A DNA stretch of 64,000 bases from Chrysomallon squamiferum (GCA_012295275.1 CM022674.1:3906001-3970000), one strand, 5' to 3'; positions 17,533 to 31,808 are shown, counted from the first letter of the stretch. Made by a program: numbers and translations. Notes: generated from the letters alone by a model not told the origin.

Positions 17533-20439
17533 TCAGTATATGAGTGTCTGTGCCTAATGGCAAGATGAACAAGTAGGCTTGTTTGGGTTATTTTATTTTT
17601 TTTTTTTTTTTTTTTTTTATTTTTTTGTCTGTGTATTTGTATATCTGTGTATAGTTTGTATAGTTGAAAGATTAGATAACATAATGAATGTGTGTGTGTT
17701 TTTTATGTTTTTGGATGTCGTGTTTGTGTGTGTGTGTGTGTGTGTGTTTTGTATGCCAATATTTGTAGATGAAAGATTTTTCATGAATAGACTGCCTGTA
17801 TGTGTTTATTAATAACATTTCTTCCTCAGTCTTCATCCTGTGATATTTCTCCCCTTCCCAGTTATTAGTGGGAGAAAATTACTAAAACCATAATAGATTA
17901 AAAATATATTCTTTTTACATGAAATATTTTCAACCACGTAATCTAAACTCAACATTTGCAGACTGTAGGCCTTTTCAAATAAATATTGCAACACTAGTCA
18001 ATTTGTTGAAATCATCCTGATCTTTAATAGTAACTCATAGTTTGTAGCATAGTCATGGTGTAATCCTTGTCATTCACTATTAATTTCTTGATTAATTTCT
18101 TTCATCTGCTTGCTTCTGGGGGTGGGGGAATATATCATCAGGAAAGCATCTTAAATTGTGTGCTTGTATTTAATTACATGTATGTATTTATGTATACAAG
18201 TTATTTGAAAATATGGCATTAAGTCCTCATTAGGTGCCAAATCAAATTGCTGAAGCCTAATTTTCACTGTTTACTTTCCATGACAATCAATACATTTTCC
18301 ATGTTACCTAGATTATTGTTTTAAATGGTTTTTTGGCGTAAAATACCCAGTGAATGTTTACTTGTAGCTTTATTCAAATTAATACACAAAAGTACAGTTG
18401 AAGAAGTCATTATTTATAGCCCATTGCTATCATTTTTATCTGCACTACAGGATATCCTTGCAAAATTTTATTTATTTTCATGAGAATCAGGAAGTTTTTC
18501 CTGTTCAGATCCCACCAAAAAATTATGGAATTTATCAGTTCTATGTATTCATTTATTGTTATTTTATATGTTATATATATATATATATAAAACAGGGTTC
18601 AAATCTTAAACAATAAGCTGTAGATCCAGATTCATTCATTCTGATACATAATGTAGTGACACTTCTTTCATTTTTATATTTTTTTAATTTATTATTGCCA
18701 TTTTTTTAATGAAACTCCTCAACTGCATCTTTCAGACGAACAACTTTTTTCCATTCTTTGCAAAAACTATTTGTTAACATCTTAATGTTCCATATGACAA
18801 GAGGATGTTAACAGGTGTTAAGAATTTTGAGAATACCTTATGCAGAAACTTATCAAGGAACTTCATTTGTTTTGTATATTCTAGAACCTCATTAATGCTT
18901 AGGAATGCCAGTCTATCTAGCTTACCATGGAATTTTTGTTCACCATGATTGTAACAGTTTTCTTGTCAGAGCTGCTGGAACTTGTACAAGGTGTTTTGTG
19001 TTAGATTCCTTTTTGTATCTTGTCCACTTCTTCTGTAGAAAAAAAAACACAGTACCCACATTGTGACCACATAAATGAACACAGAATTTTAAGTCAATTT
19101 ATTTTATATTGTTTTAAATTTATTATTTATTTTACATAATTATGTAAAAGTTAGCCACAGACAGTAATATTTTTCTTGCCCCTCTTGTTGGCTGTAGTCC
19201 ATGCATTTATCTGTCTTGCAATACAGGAATAACACATGGTGTACCTGTAATACATCTGTTGAAAGTTTATATTCTTTTGTCAAAGTCTGCAAGCATGCAG
19301 TTCTTGAACAGCTTTCACTATTATATCGTCATACAGACAACTTCACTTTCTTTCTCTTTATTATTTATTTATTTATTTATTTATTTTTTTTTTTTTTTTT
19401 TTTTTTCCCAGACACTGTCTGACATCTTATTTCCATACTTGATGATCCATCAGAGCAAGTTTTTTCAAATTACCAACATAAATACTGACATCCAAGTTCA
19501 CACAAGCCATACTTTTAAAACATCCAGCAGGAATACAAATCAAAAAAATTCTTCCAGACATAACACGTATACATGTCCATCCTGTAATAAAACTGTCAAT
19601 GTAAAACTGAAAATATTGTACGTTACTCATATGTATGTCTTCCATCATAGCAATTTGAATGAAAGTGGACATAACATGCACATACCTGTCCCCTAAAATA
19701 GCCAGTGTGAACACAATATTGTTTATAATTGTTGTGTGGAGGTGAGTGTATTTCTTTAGTGGGGCATAATGGGGCATAAAAGATATAAAGGACTGTTAGT
19801 GCCTAATTCCACAGTTTTTCAAAAATGGAGAGTTTGAAATAAACCTTTAATTGTCACATCATAATTGAAACTGATTTACTGACAATGACTGTAGTAGTGC
19901 AAAATTAAAGTTATGTTGTTATAGGTTTTTTTTTTTTTTTTTTTTTTTAACAATACTTGTTCATTCATATCAGAAAGATAGTGCTCAAGTGTAAGAAGTT
20001 TACTGCTCCATGGGTTATTCCAACAACAACACTCAGGATTACTCCTACACAGGTTTACTACAGCTTGGGCTTACTCCTACACAATTTCATTACTACCTTG
20101 GTCATTCCTACACAGGTTTACTATACCCTGGTTTATTCATATAAATATATAGCTGAAGAAAATTAAAGAATATCAAACCACAGTTCTGTTTTTACATTTG
20201 TTCCGTTAGTTTCTGTTTATTTGTTATCCATTTTAGAATCATTCTGTATGCAAAAGTTTTTAGTGTTAATACATATATAATAATTATGTACACATAATAT
20301 GTATATGTCTGTGATCTGTTTTATTTGTTACTGGTGATCAACATTTGCATTTATTTATTAAGGCTTTTATTATTTATTTATTTTACTATTATCATGTATA
20401 TATAGGAAGGTTATTTTAATGATGTCTGTATAGTATATA

Positions 20440-20480
<41 letters not shown>

Positions 20481-21770
20481 CGTGTGTGTGCGTGTGTGCG
20501 TGTGTGTGTAAAACTTACTTTCATTTAAGGTGATCTGGAAGACTGGAGAACAATTCTGTATGGTGTCTTCGTTTTTTCCAGTTGTTTCTGTTTTTAATAC
20601 TCAGCGAGAATGTACACATTTATCTTCATTTCAAGTCACGATTCGTTTTTGGGCAATGTTAAAACATTTTGTGTAGATATTTTAATTAGCCTTGTGAAGG
20701 TTAGGAATGTTTGCGGTCTCTCTTGTTTTTTTATTAATTCATTTTTTAATTTTAAAATTTTTAAAATTTACATTTATTTTTTGATATATTTTTATTTCTT
20801 AAGTTTTTGATGACTGTTTATTAAATTCACAAGTTCACTAGTCAAACCTGTATTTTGCAACCACTCTAGTACAACAACCACCTGTCATTCATGGGTATAC
20901 TGATTTTTTTTTAGAAATTCATTAAGGCTTTACAGTCTCTCAATATCTGGCATTACAGACATATTTTGACAACATACAAACTCAGTATGGTATTGTTTCT
21001 GTGGTTACATTATTAAAACTTTATCATTTATAATCATACTGTGAATGTCTTTAGGTGGTAAGGTTTTTTTTAATTGTTTTTTTCTCCCCAATTTTGTTAA
21101 AATGTTCCATGTTCATTTAAGTAAAAGTTGTCTTTTTTTCAGATTTCTTATTACCAATTGCAGTTGAAGAAATAAAATTTTAAATTAATTTTGTCTTGTT
21201 AAATTTGTTATTATTACTGTGTTTTTAAATTACTTGTAGTTTGCTTTTTAATAAATCTGTTAATAAATGTACTCATTATTTAAAATTACTGATGTACTTT
21301 TTTTTTTTAATTTATCAATTGTCTTTAATATTTCCATTTTTTCTTTGTTTCAAAATACTGATACCTAGACAATTCAATTTAAAGTTTTGAAATACTACAC
21401 AAGATAATCTATATAATTTGATAGCAGACGGTGCTCAGCTTGGAATATAAAATGAGCCCCTCTATCCACTAAGACAGATTGGTCCTACAGGCAATGATTT
21501 CTCAAACCCATATAGAGAAGCTAAAGTCTTGCAAGATTTTGCAACCCAATTTGACAAATCCTGTTACATGCTAATCTGAAATGATAAATGACTATTTTCT
21601 CCTAATTTATTTAAAAAAATTTATTTACATTTTAATATATATATATATATTTTTTTATGTATTTTTATAAACTGTTTTTGACATTTATTTCACATAATTA
21701 TATTTTTTTATTTTCATTCCTTTAATATATATATATATATTTTTTTGAAAATATATTAATGCTTTCTTTA

Positions 21771-23193
21771 TTATTTATCCAGATCGGAATGAATTCTTCT
21801 CAGTTTTTCTCTCTTTTTCCGATTGTTGTGTTTTTTCCACGACTTCTCATTCAGTGAGGACTGGCTGGTGTGGGGACTGGTTAAATCCTCAGACTTGCTG
21901 GAAAGAGGACAAAGTCCTCCTCTCACATATTCATCAACTCCGTAAACTCCACGAGAATGAGCTTTGCATTCTTGCTGCATTTAAGAAATAAATATATAAA
22001 TACGTGAATAAAATGAAAAAAAAAAAAAAAAAAAAAAATTCTATATATATATTTATATTACATATTTTTAAAAAATCCATAATTATTTGATGAAGTTGTA
22101 TAATAAGAAAATATTTCTAATAACAAAAATACAGGGTGTGATGGAAATATAAAAATACGTAATATAAAATAAAAAATATGTAGAAAGTTGTACAGCATAA
22201 AATGATAGAATTAGAAATAAAAAAAAGAACATTACAGAGCACATCTGAAACAGAAACAGGACAGTTTGCATATTAAAGAAATGTAATAATAATAATAATA
22301 ACAATAATAAATTTAACCTATTTTTAAAAATAATAATAATAATAATATAAAAATAATATACAACTTCAGTTTTAATACACTAACCTTTCTGAAGAATTCC
22401 CGATCAAGGTCAGTAACATTGTTATATTTCCTGTTACCCTAGTGGGAAAAAAAAATAGTTATATTTTATTTTATTTTAACTAAATAATTTCTGTTACATT
22501 CAGCTTTTGTTCTTCATTTAGTTCAATATCCACAGATGAGCAAGAATGAATAAAAATAATTGCTTCTGGCACAGCTTTTTGTCGTTTATAAATTTTGGAT
22601 TTAAGCCGTCATAAAATAACAACTTTGCTGTGAATTATTTTACATTTATATCGTGCTTTATTTTTAGGAAAGATCGATACTCAATAACAATATCACTACA
22701 AACAAATAAATAAAAATAATACTAAAAAAATAGTTTTAGTCTGTTCGTTAGGTAAACTTCATTTTTGATGTGATGGGCATAAAGTCAATGACTAAATCCT
22801 CTTGTATATAAATTATTATTAAAGATCAGGTAGATAAATTTAATCTACCTGTGTTTCAGAACTTACCTGTTTGGTTTCTTGGTTTTCACGTTTTTTGTGT
22901 TTTACTGTTGGTTCTCTTGTTGACTCAAATTCTTCTTCATCCATACCTGGTGGTGGGTGACAATACAGGAGACGACCCTGACAAACAACAACAACAACAA
23001 CACCATCAATAATAATAATAATAGTAGTAGTAGTAGTAGTATAATAATAATAATAATAATAAAAGTAATAATAGCGGTAGTAGTAATAATTATAATTAAA
23101 AAAAAAAAATAATTGTAATAGCAATAAAGTGGTGATGATTATAACAACTAGTATAATTATATTAACATGAGTAAAACATGCATCAAGCCTAAT

Positions 23194-23230
<37 letters not shown>

Positions 23231-24951
23231 GTAATAATAGTAACAATAATCGTGATGATGATAACTAGTATAATTATATTAACATGAGTAAAACATGCAT
23301 CATGCATAATAATAATAATAACAACAATGATAATAATAGTAATTAAGATGTATTAGTAGAAACAATAACAACAATAATCAAAAAATATTTTAGAGTTTTA
23401 TAAATCCATAAGTAAAATATTTTCAAAGAAATGGAAACTCCAAAACAGAACGTGTTTTAAACAAATTTCATGTATAATTCCTACAGATGAATATTATTTC
23501 ATGCAGTAACTGTAACAATGTGTAAAAACTGTTCCCAGTTTCACACTCACATTAACGAAATCTTTCAAAATGTATCTAGATGATCTTGGTCCATCTGGCC
23601 TTCCTTTTGATGTCATGAAACCTCGCATATCTGAAGAAAAAAAAAAAAAAAAAAATTAAATATGGATGGATTATTTAAAAGATAAAATAAAATAAGAAAG
23701 TAATTTAAAAAAAAATACAACTCTCCAAAACAAAAAGGAAACAAAAGAAGAAAAGGTTAAAATATTTTAATTTTAAAATATTCCCAAACACACATACTGT
23801 CGCAGTTAATATCTACTAACATAATCTACTGAGATTTTTAATTCATATATTCACATATTAAAACTGCCAGCAACAACTCTTGAATCTCTGTCTTCCAGTA
23901 TAACAGACATGAACATTTTCAATAATCCAGTCATAAAGAACTTGTTAGCAAATGATGGTAAGCCAGACTGCATACTTGGACAAGCTCATACAATATATGA
24001 TAATGTATAATAACGTTAATTTATTTATTCATTTTTATACAATATACTTACATCCGTATACATTGAGAAGTTCATGTGCTGTGGGTTTCTGGTTCATGTC
24101 CTCGCACTCTGCAGGTAGGGGCAAGTTAATGTTGTAAACTTCTTCAATAATTCGACGTGGAATTAAATCACAAACGTGACCAAGTTAAGGAGCCAAATAG
24201 AAAAAATAAAAAGAAAAAGAAACAAACAAACAAGCAAATAAATGAATAAATGAATAAAAATAAAGATAAAATAATAATATTATTGTTTTTTTAATTATAA
24301 TAATATTTACATACGGGATAATGGTTAGTGACAGTGAAATGATGATGGTTATACTGATGTTAAGAATGGCAACATACATCATTTAATGATAGAACAATTG
24401 ATGATTATGATGACAAATAATAAGGATGGATACTAAAATAATGATAATTATTATAAAAATGCTAACAATGAAAACTATGATGACAGTGACAATGATAAGG
24501 ATCATGATACTCTAAATCAGTATTGTTGCTAAGGACCATGATACAACAATCAGTATTATTATAATAATAATGAAAATGTGAATAGTAATGGTAAAAATGA
24601 TAGACATTTATAAGGATGATGATAAGAATTATAATTATGATAACAAAGATAAGAACTATAATTATGATGACGATAAAAATGATAACAATGATGAAACTGA
24701 TGCTAACAGTGATAATGATCATAATAATGATGATGATAATGACTGAAAAAGGATATCAAAGAAACAGGAGGTATGTATTCTCTGAGCTGGTCGACAGGAA
24801 GTATCCCACTAACCACCAGCTGAGCTTTAGTTGACACGAATGACGGGAAAACAAGACCAGGACAGTCACACAGCATCAAATCTGAGTCTACGAACAGCGT
24901 CTTAAATAACATAGTAATAATAGTAGTAGTTGCTGTACTAATAGTAGTAGT

Positions 24952-24984
<33 letters not shown>

Positions 24985-25003
24985 AATAGCAGTAGTAAAA
25001 GCA

Positions 25004-25039
<36 letters not shown>

Positions 25040-25128
25040 GTAGTAGTAACAATAATAATAATAATAATATTAATAATAATAGTAACAACAACAATAATTA
25101 TAACAAAAATAATAGCAGTAGTAATAGC

Positions 25129-25171
<43 letters not shown>

Positions 25172-25574
25172 GTAACAACAATAATAATGATAAAATGATA
25201 ATAAAACTAATAACAATAATAAAGAACTATTAATAATAGTGCAGTAGTAGTTGTAGTAACAGTCGAAATAGTAATAAGGGGGTTTGTGTTTTTTTTAATT
25301 TAGAAATATCTCAAGTTGATCTATTTTTTTTTTTTTTTTCTTACCTGGAAATGTTTTGTTCTGCCTGGTGTTGCTGATACAGGAACTTTCTTCTCTTTAA
25401 GTATCGCGTTAATAGTTGAACTCTTGCCAACATTCGGATATCCAACCTAGCATGTAGAATTTGTAATTAATAAGAATTTTCATCAATTAAAATTCAAAAC
25501 ATTTTTTTATTTTTTTTTTGAAGTTCACAAATAGTTCTCTGAAATAGTGAAGAATCAATTCTTATATAATAATG

Positions 25575-25605
<31 letters not shown>

Positions 25606-28600
25606 CATAAAATTTAATAACCAGTTGTGGATTTAATGGAATGATGGGTTTAATCTTCCGCGTTCTGATAGATGTACAGACAGACAGACAGACAGACACA
25701 CAGACACACAGAAAGAGACAGACAGACACACAAATACTGTTTTTCAAATCAACACATTTATATACTGCTACATCTCTGGCAGTGAAATTGTCTGAACATC
25801 CATCTGTAATTGACTACATGGTCCTCAAAAACAACTTACTATCACTTGTAGTAAATCTAGAAACAAAGAACAGACTTACCATACCAATGGTTGTCACATT
25901 TTCATGGACTGTTTGGCCTTTGTGAATTGTTCTGAACAACTGCAACAGCTCTGAACTTGTCAGAACTTTAGCAGAATTCAATTTACAAGCCGCACCAGAG
26001 TTATCGCCCTTGGAGCTATTCTCCTTACATTCTTCATTAACATCTGATGATACAGTTTCTGATGTGTCCATTTTCACAGCCTCTTTAGAATCAACTCCAT
26101 CAGATACTTCATTTTTATCAGTGGTTTCAGTTTCTACATTGTCTGTTTTCACAGCCTTATTCCAGTTATTTCCCTTATCAACTTCATTTGTATCTGAAGA
26201 TTTTATTTCAGTACTCTTAGCATCTGCAACCTCATTAGAGTTACCTCTCTTACATTCTTCTTCTATCTCTGAAGTCCTGTTTTCAGTGGTATCAACAACT
26301 TTGCAAGAAGAGCTACAATTAGTTTTCTTTTCAATGGCATTTGTTTTCTCCACACTGTCATCTGATTCAAAATCATTTAAATTTCTGTTATTTTCAACAG
26401 CAGAATTAGAATCCTGTTCCAGAATTTTCTCTTCATTTTCACTGTCCTTGACATTGGTTTCACAGTCTAGATTAATTTTCTCAGTCTCTGAAACGATGTC
26501 TTTATCTTCTTCACTGACTGACCTGGCATCATTTTCCATCTCGTTTTTCTCAATGTCCACGTCTTGTCCAGTTTTGCTCTGGTCATTTTCTGAGTCAGTG
26601 GACACTTCTGTTTCCTGCAGAGCTGACCAGAAGGCTACTTTCACCCCTAGCTTGTTGAAATACTCAGCCCAAGCTTCCCTTTAAAAAATAAAAAATAAAA
26701 AATAAAAAAATAATTGAAACTGACAACTATAAATATTTATAAATAGAGGCAAAATAAACCAAAATGCATTAAAAAAAAATGAAATAATATAATAATAAAA
26801 TAAATAACTTATACTAGTATGATTTATGCTGGTTTTGCTATACTAGTCTTGAAGTTACCACTTCTATTTACACTAGTACTAGAACTACTATCACTCATGC
26901 TAGAGTTACTATACATGTACCAGTTTTACTACCTCTTTTACTAGTATTTGTACCTTGACTGCATGTACCATGACTATGTACAAGCATGCTACATTTACTA
27001 CTAATAATTAGTATTAACATGTTACTGGTAGTGTTACTAATAACAATTTCTCTACAAAGATTATCTACCTCTGTTCCTGTGTTAGGAAATCAGCTTTGTT
27101 GATCAAAAGGAGATTCATTTTACTGTCACTGACTTCTGTGACATATTTCTCAAGATCTTCACTTCGAAATAAGAGAGGATTTCTTGCATCGACTATCTGA
27201 ACAATAATATCACTGAAAAAAAAAAAAAAAAATTAAAAAAGGAATACACATTTTTTTATTTACGATATTAGTACAAGAATAACAGTATATTTTATTCATT
27301 GTTCAATTACAAATATTGGATATATTAAATTAAATATATCTTTCTTTTAATTTTTTTTTTTGGTTTTTTTTTTAACTTAAAATTTAAAATTAATTATATA
27401 TTAATACAGGCATCAGGGATTCCTATAGCATAGATGCATTTAATGTAGCCTTAAATTAAATGTAACTGAAAGTGTAGTAATTTAAAAATAAAATTATATT
27501 GTAAAGACCATTACACATGCAAAATTAAATAAGCCAAAAATTATATTTCAGTATTTTTTTTTTTTTTTTTAGATTTACAGCCTTCAAAAACCAAAACAGT
27601 GTTCGTTATTTCATACAATCTGTAGTCTTAAAAATAAATGAGTAGTATCAAAAAATAATTTAATTTGATAAATGTATTTATTTATCTGTTATTTACTTAC
27701 CTTCTTTCTATCACTCTCCAGAGCTGTCTCCAAAAATCTAAATTTTTCTCGTATGGCGTCATAAGAATGTGTTCAACTTCTTGTAATCTGGTTGTAATAA
27801 TAATAATAATAATAATAATGATAATATTGATAACAACAATAATAATATAATAATAATATTAATATAATAATAATAGTAATATCGTAATAGTAGTAGTAAT
27901 AATAACAATAACATCAACAAAAACAATAATAATAGTCATTTAATAAAACACCAATAAGAGACTGAAATAAAAGCAGTAGCAACAAATCACTTAATTATTA
28001 TTTACTAATATCCCCAAGCACTGACATGCCCATGAAGTTACAACATATAACGTATACTTGAAAATGTAATTCCATTTTCTAAATATTTTCATTCTCTAAA
28101 ACATTCCCTCCACGCACACACACAAACAATGAAAATACTGTCCCCACTTACTAATTATTCCATACAGATACTAAATACTCCCTGACTACTCAACAAAACT
28201 CTCCCTGCACACTTGCTAATTATTCCCTGTATTTGTTAAAAAGTATTATCCTTGCACTTATTAAACATTCCCTGCCAGCTTACTAAATGATTTCAATACA
28301 CTTGCAAAGTCAGTTATTAAATGCTGTCTATTTACTAAATGTTCTATACTATACCCATACTAAATATTCCCCACACTTACTAAATATTCCCTACACTTAC
28401 TAAATATTCCCTGCTTACTTACTGTGCAAGCTGACGTCTCCACTGCAAGAATGCTTCTCGTTCTTGAAGGTCAAGTTCTTCTCTCGTGGTAGTTTTATCC
28501 CATGTTGGTCTAAAACACAAATAAAATTTTTAAATACTACCTCAAAGTCGATTTTTGTTTCATATAATATAACGATGTCATGAAAGTGAAATACTATTAT

Positions 28601-28839
28601 AAGCTAAATTTATTTTATTCTGATATCCAGATTTCAAAAAAATATTTTTGTATGTCGTCGTAACCAAATTGAATTATTAGTCACATTATTTATGATAGCA
28701 GAAATGTTTAAATACAATTTTTTACTATTCTGGTAGCTATAATCTTAAACATAATGATATCATTTCGTTCAAAATGGTTTAAATGTTTACAGATGAAAAA
28801 TCTTGGTAGTAAAGAGGGGCAATTTTTAAATATTTTAAT

Positions 28840-28872
<33 letters not shown>

Positions 28873-28886
28873 AAAAATAATAACAG

Positions 28887-28932
<46 letters not shown>

Positions 28933-29936
28933 TATAATTTATTCGTTTATTTTAAAAATAATTTATATTATTGACTTAAAAATAATTTTAATACTGATTA
29001 TAATGTTAGTTTATATCTTTCTCAAATCACTGAGAGACATGTTTTGAGTTATACAAGACTGTTTTGACAGCGATATAAGAAAACCTCACCTTCTGGGAAT
29101 ACAGAGTAAATTTCTGTTTTTTTCTTGAGCATCTGCAACTTTCAGTTTCTCATCACTGCTCAACAAGCCTGTATTCCTCACAGGATCCACAAACATAATA
29201 TTAAGTTTTTCTGAAAAAAAAATTATTTGTAGACATTTGTCTAAATATTATGAACATTAACGATACGTTTTTCTGAAAATATGTATTTATCCATATTATT
29301 TTAAGTATTATTCAGGGTAAAATTTGTATTTTGTTGATTTGGATACCTGTTCTACTCATATTTTAATATGCAAATATGAGAAGAAAGAAAAGTTCTTGTT
29401 ATCTCTTGTATTTCTACAAATTTATAATCTAATTTCATGTGAATTTATATAATATTTTTAATGTTTAAATTTTAATATTAACTCAACAGACACTTAATTT
29501 CTTAACTGTAACAGCTGTAAAATTCTTGATGAAGCAAAAGAAACAGTGTTTATTAAATTTGCTATCAGAAAATAAAGTGTGTGTTTTGTCACCCTTAAGC
29601 ATTATGCAGAATTTCATATATACTATATACTATTCTATCTATCTATCTATCTATCTATCTATATGCAGAGGGTATGTCTATTTTAATTAATGGCTTTTGC
29701 CTGCCAACCATAAGTGTTGCTAATTTGAACACTGACTGAACAGATAAAGTGGTCAAAATATTTAATTTTTTACCTGCAGTGAATTCTGTTCCTGCAAGTT
29801 CTGCTGTGGTTAGGAAGTCATCAAGATTACTCTGCTCAGTTACTGACTGAAGATTTAATCTACCCCAGTCATAGCCATCATTTAAATCACTAGTGTGTAG
29901 CTGTAAAAAAATGTCATTACATTAAACATAAGCTTT

Positions 29937-30016
<80 letters not shown>

Positions 30017-30794
30017 TACTACACACGCATAAACACACATTTAGTTATCATAACACCCACCACAAACACAAACAAAATTTACTGTTAAAAATATAAACAA
30101 ATATTCACACAGCTCTCATAAATCCTTTCACTAGTTTCAGTTCCACTTTTTCAGTTGCTATAACAGCTGTTAATTAAATGGTTTTTATGGTTCCAGAGGA
30201 TAATTTTGTAAAAGACATCACCTAACTCTAATATTACAATTAGTTTTAGTTGTAAAGAAATTTATAAATATTCTAGGATTCCAAGTAGGAACAGAGCTAT
30301 CCATAATATTCCAACTGGAACAAAAGACTTAAAGAGATACTGAATTTTCGATATTCATCTGAAATGCCAAATGGTCACCTATTCTGACTATTCAGTTATA
30401 ACTTATTGTGTCCAGAAAACAGTTGATAACTAATAGTTTAGTAATTATTAGTATTGGTCATTATTATTATACTAATTATTATTATTATTTATTTTTTCTT
30501 AAATTTTTTTTTTTTTATCAGTTTACTATTAGTAATTAGTTAAATTACGAGTATTATTATTACTATTACTTAAGTAGTATTACTATTACTAAGTTAAGTA
30601 TTACTATTACTAGTATAAGGTATTAGTTTTACTATTAGACTATTAGTATTACTATTACGTATTACTATTAGTATTTCGTATTTACTTACAAAATTATCTT
30701 TTCCTCCTTGGCTACGAAGTCGTTTGCCATGCCCAAATCGATCTCTTATTAAACTTCTACCGACAGCTGTATTGTTTATTTTCTTTTTACCCAT
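21771..30794 (-). CDS. LSG1: Large subunit GTPase 1 homolog (60S nuclear export GTPase)
   Basis: 14 exons: 30794-30690, 29900-29774, 29210-29090, 28509-28423, 27787-27701, 27212-27069, 26678-25880, 25446-25345, 24900-24757, 24175-24052, 23630-23551, 22977-22867, 22438-22385, 21974-21771. Motifs TPYEKNLDFWRQLWRVIERS, DARNPLLF, NKAD, GYPNVGKSSTIN, VSATPGRTKHFQ, LCDCPGLVFPSF, KSWKKHNNRKKREKLRR. Confidence 0.95.
24176..24756 (-). other. U12-type (minor spliceosome) AT-AC intron in LSG1
   Basis: 5' site ATATCCTTT, branch site TCCTTAAC (24191-24184), 3' end CAC. Joins PPVSL to VCDLIPR in frame. Confidence 0.9.
28130..28420. repeat. Degenerate ~20-bp intronic minisatellite (acacttactaaatattccc)
   Basis: Near-perfect units at 28360-28415 that decay leftwards. 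Confidence 0.7.
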
Positions 30795-31006
30795 TTTGTG
30801 GAAAATGTGTTATAAAGTATTTAAAATTTCAATCAACATTTCACAAGCAAATGTGGCATGCAGGAGGCTGCCATTTTGTTAGTAAAGGAAAAAATAAATA
30901 GCGACATTTCATTGGTCAAATATTTTGCTATTTTATACTGCACGATAAATATAGAATCTCATGGCAATGCATGACTTCAGTTTTTCAAAAAATCGTTATT
31001 ACCAGT

Positions 31007-31088
31007 GGTAGCGTGGCCGAGCGGTCTAAGGCGCTGGTTTAAGGCACCAGTCTCTTCGGAGGCGTGGGTTCGAATCCCACCGCTGCCA
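31007..31088 (+). tRNA. tRNA-Leu(AAG), dispersed
   Basis: GGTAGCGTGGCCGAGCGGTCTAAGGCGCTGGTTTAAGGCACCAGTCTCTTCGGAGGCGTGGGTTCGAATCCCACCGCTGCCA; T-run terminator downstream. Confidence 0.95.
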
Positions 31089-31160
31089 ACGAATATTTTT
31101 GTTTTATTTCTATATATATATTTTTTAATAACGTGTAACATTTATCCAACCGTAAAATGT

Positions 31161-31325
31161 GTATAGACAATAAGTGCAACTTTGCGATTTTCTGTCCATC
31201 ACAAAACAGTGATCTAAGGTATTAGTGCTTTGAAACAATTCTTAATCAAGACCGTATTGAAAACAAACTTTCAGCTTTTATTAACAAACATAATAAGAAT
31301 AATACACTTTTCTAGAATTAAAATT
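31161..31325 (+). mobile_element. Decayed relic of the same LINE-like family as the 58984-59386 insert
   Basis: 31219-31323 aligns by eye at roughly 80-85% to 58984-59086; same reading frame with a stop and a frameshift. Confidence 0.7.
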
Positions 31326-31357
31326 ACTTTGCCGTAACCAAATTGAGGCAAACGTCG

Positions 31358-31400
<43 letters not shown>

Positions 31401-31726
31401 TACAAAGATTTTATTCAAGTGTTTTTGCCTCATTTCAAAAACAGTATTAGTATACTATATAATACTATGTATAGTTATGTCCTTACTCTGTGCAAGTGAT
31501 AATAGTTCATATGACATGTAATTAAATAAGTTACCCTAATATTGTTTTAGTGATTACTAACATATATCTCATACACTGTTTAAAATGCAATTATTTTATC
31601 GCAAAAAGTATAATCTCATTAATTAATTTATTATTGTTATCACATTTTCTTTCGTTCGTTCTGTCCCTGTCTTGCTATGAACAATGCTGTATAAATGTTA
31701 ATATTCCAGATCTAAAAAGAATCAGT

Positions 31727-31808
31727 GGTAGCGTGGCCGAGCGGTCTAAGGCGCTGGTTTAAGGCACCAGTCTCTTCGGAGGCGTGGGTTCGAATCCCAC
31801 CGCTGCCA
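31727..31808 (+). tRNA. tRNA-Leu(AAG), dispersed
   Basis: Identical to the 31007 copy; TTTTT terminator. Confidence 0.95.

Noticed and set aside
23125-23310. ~120-bp intronic tandem duplication, plus short repeats at 16250-16580 and 20040-20130
   Set aside because: Ordinary slippage-type local repeats with no sign of function.
26010-26684. 224-aa plus-strand Ser-rich ORF
   Set aside because: Antisense shadow of the acidic LSG1 exon.
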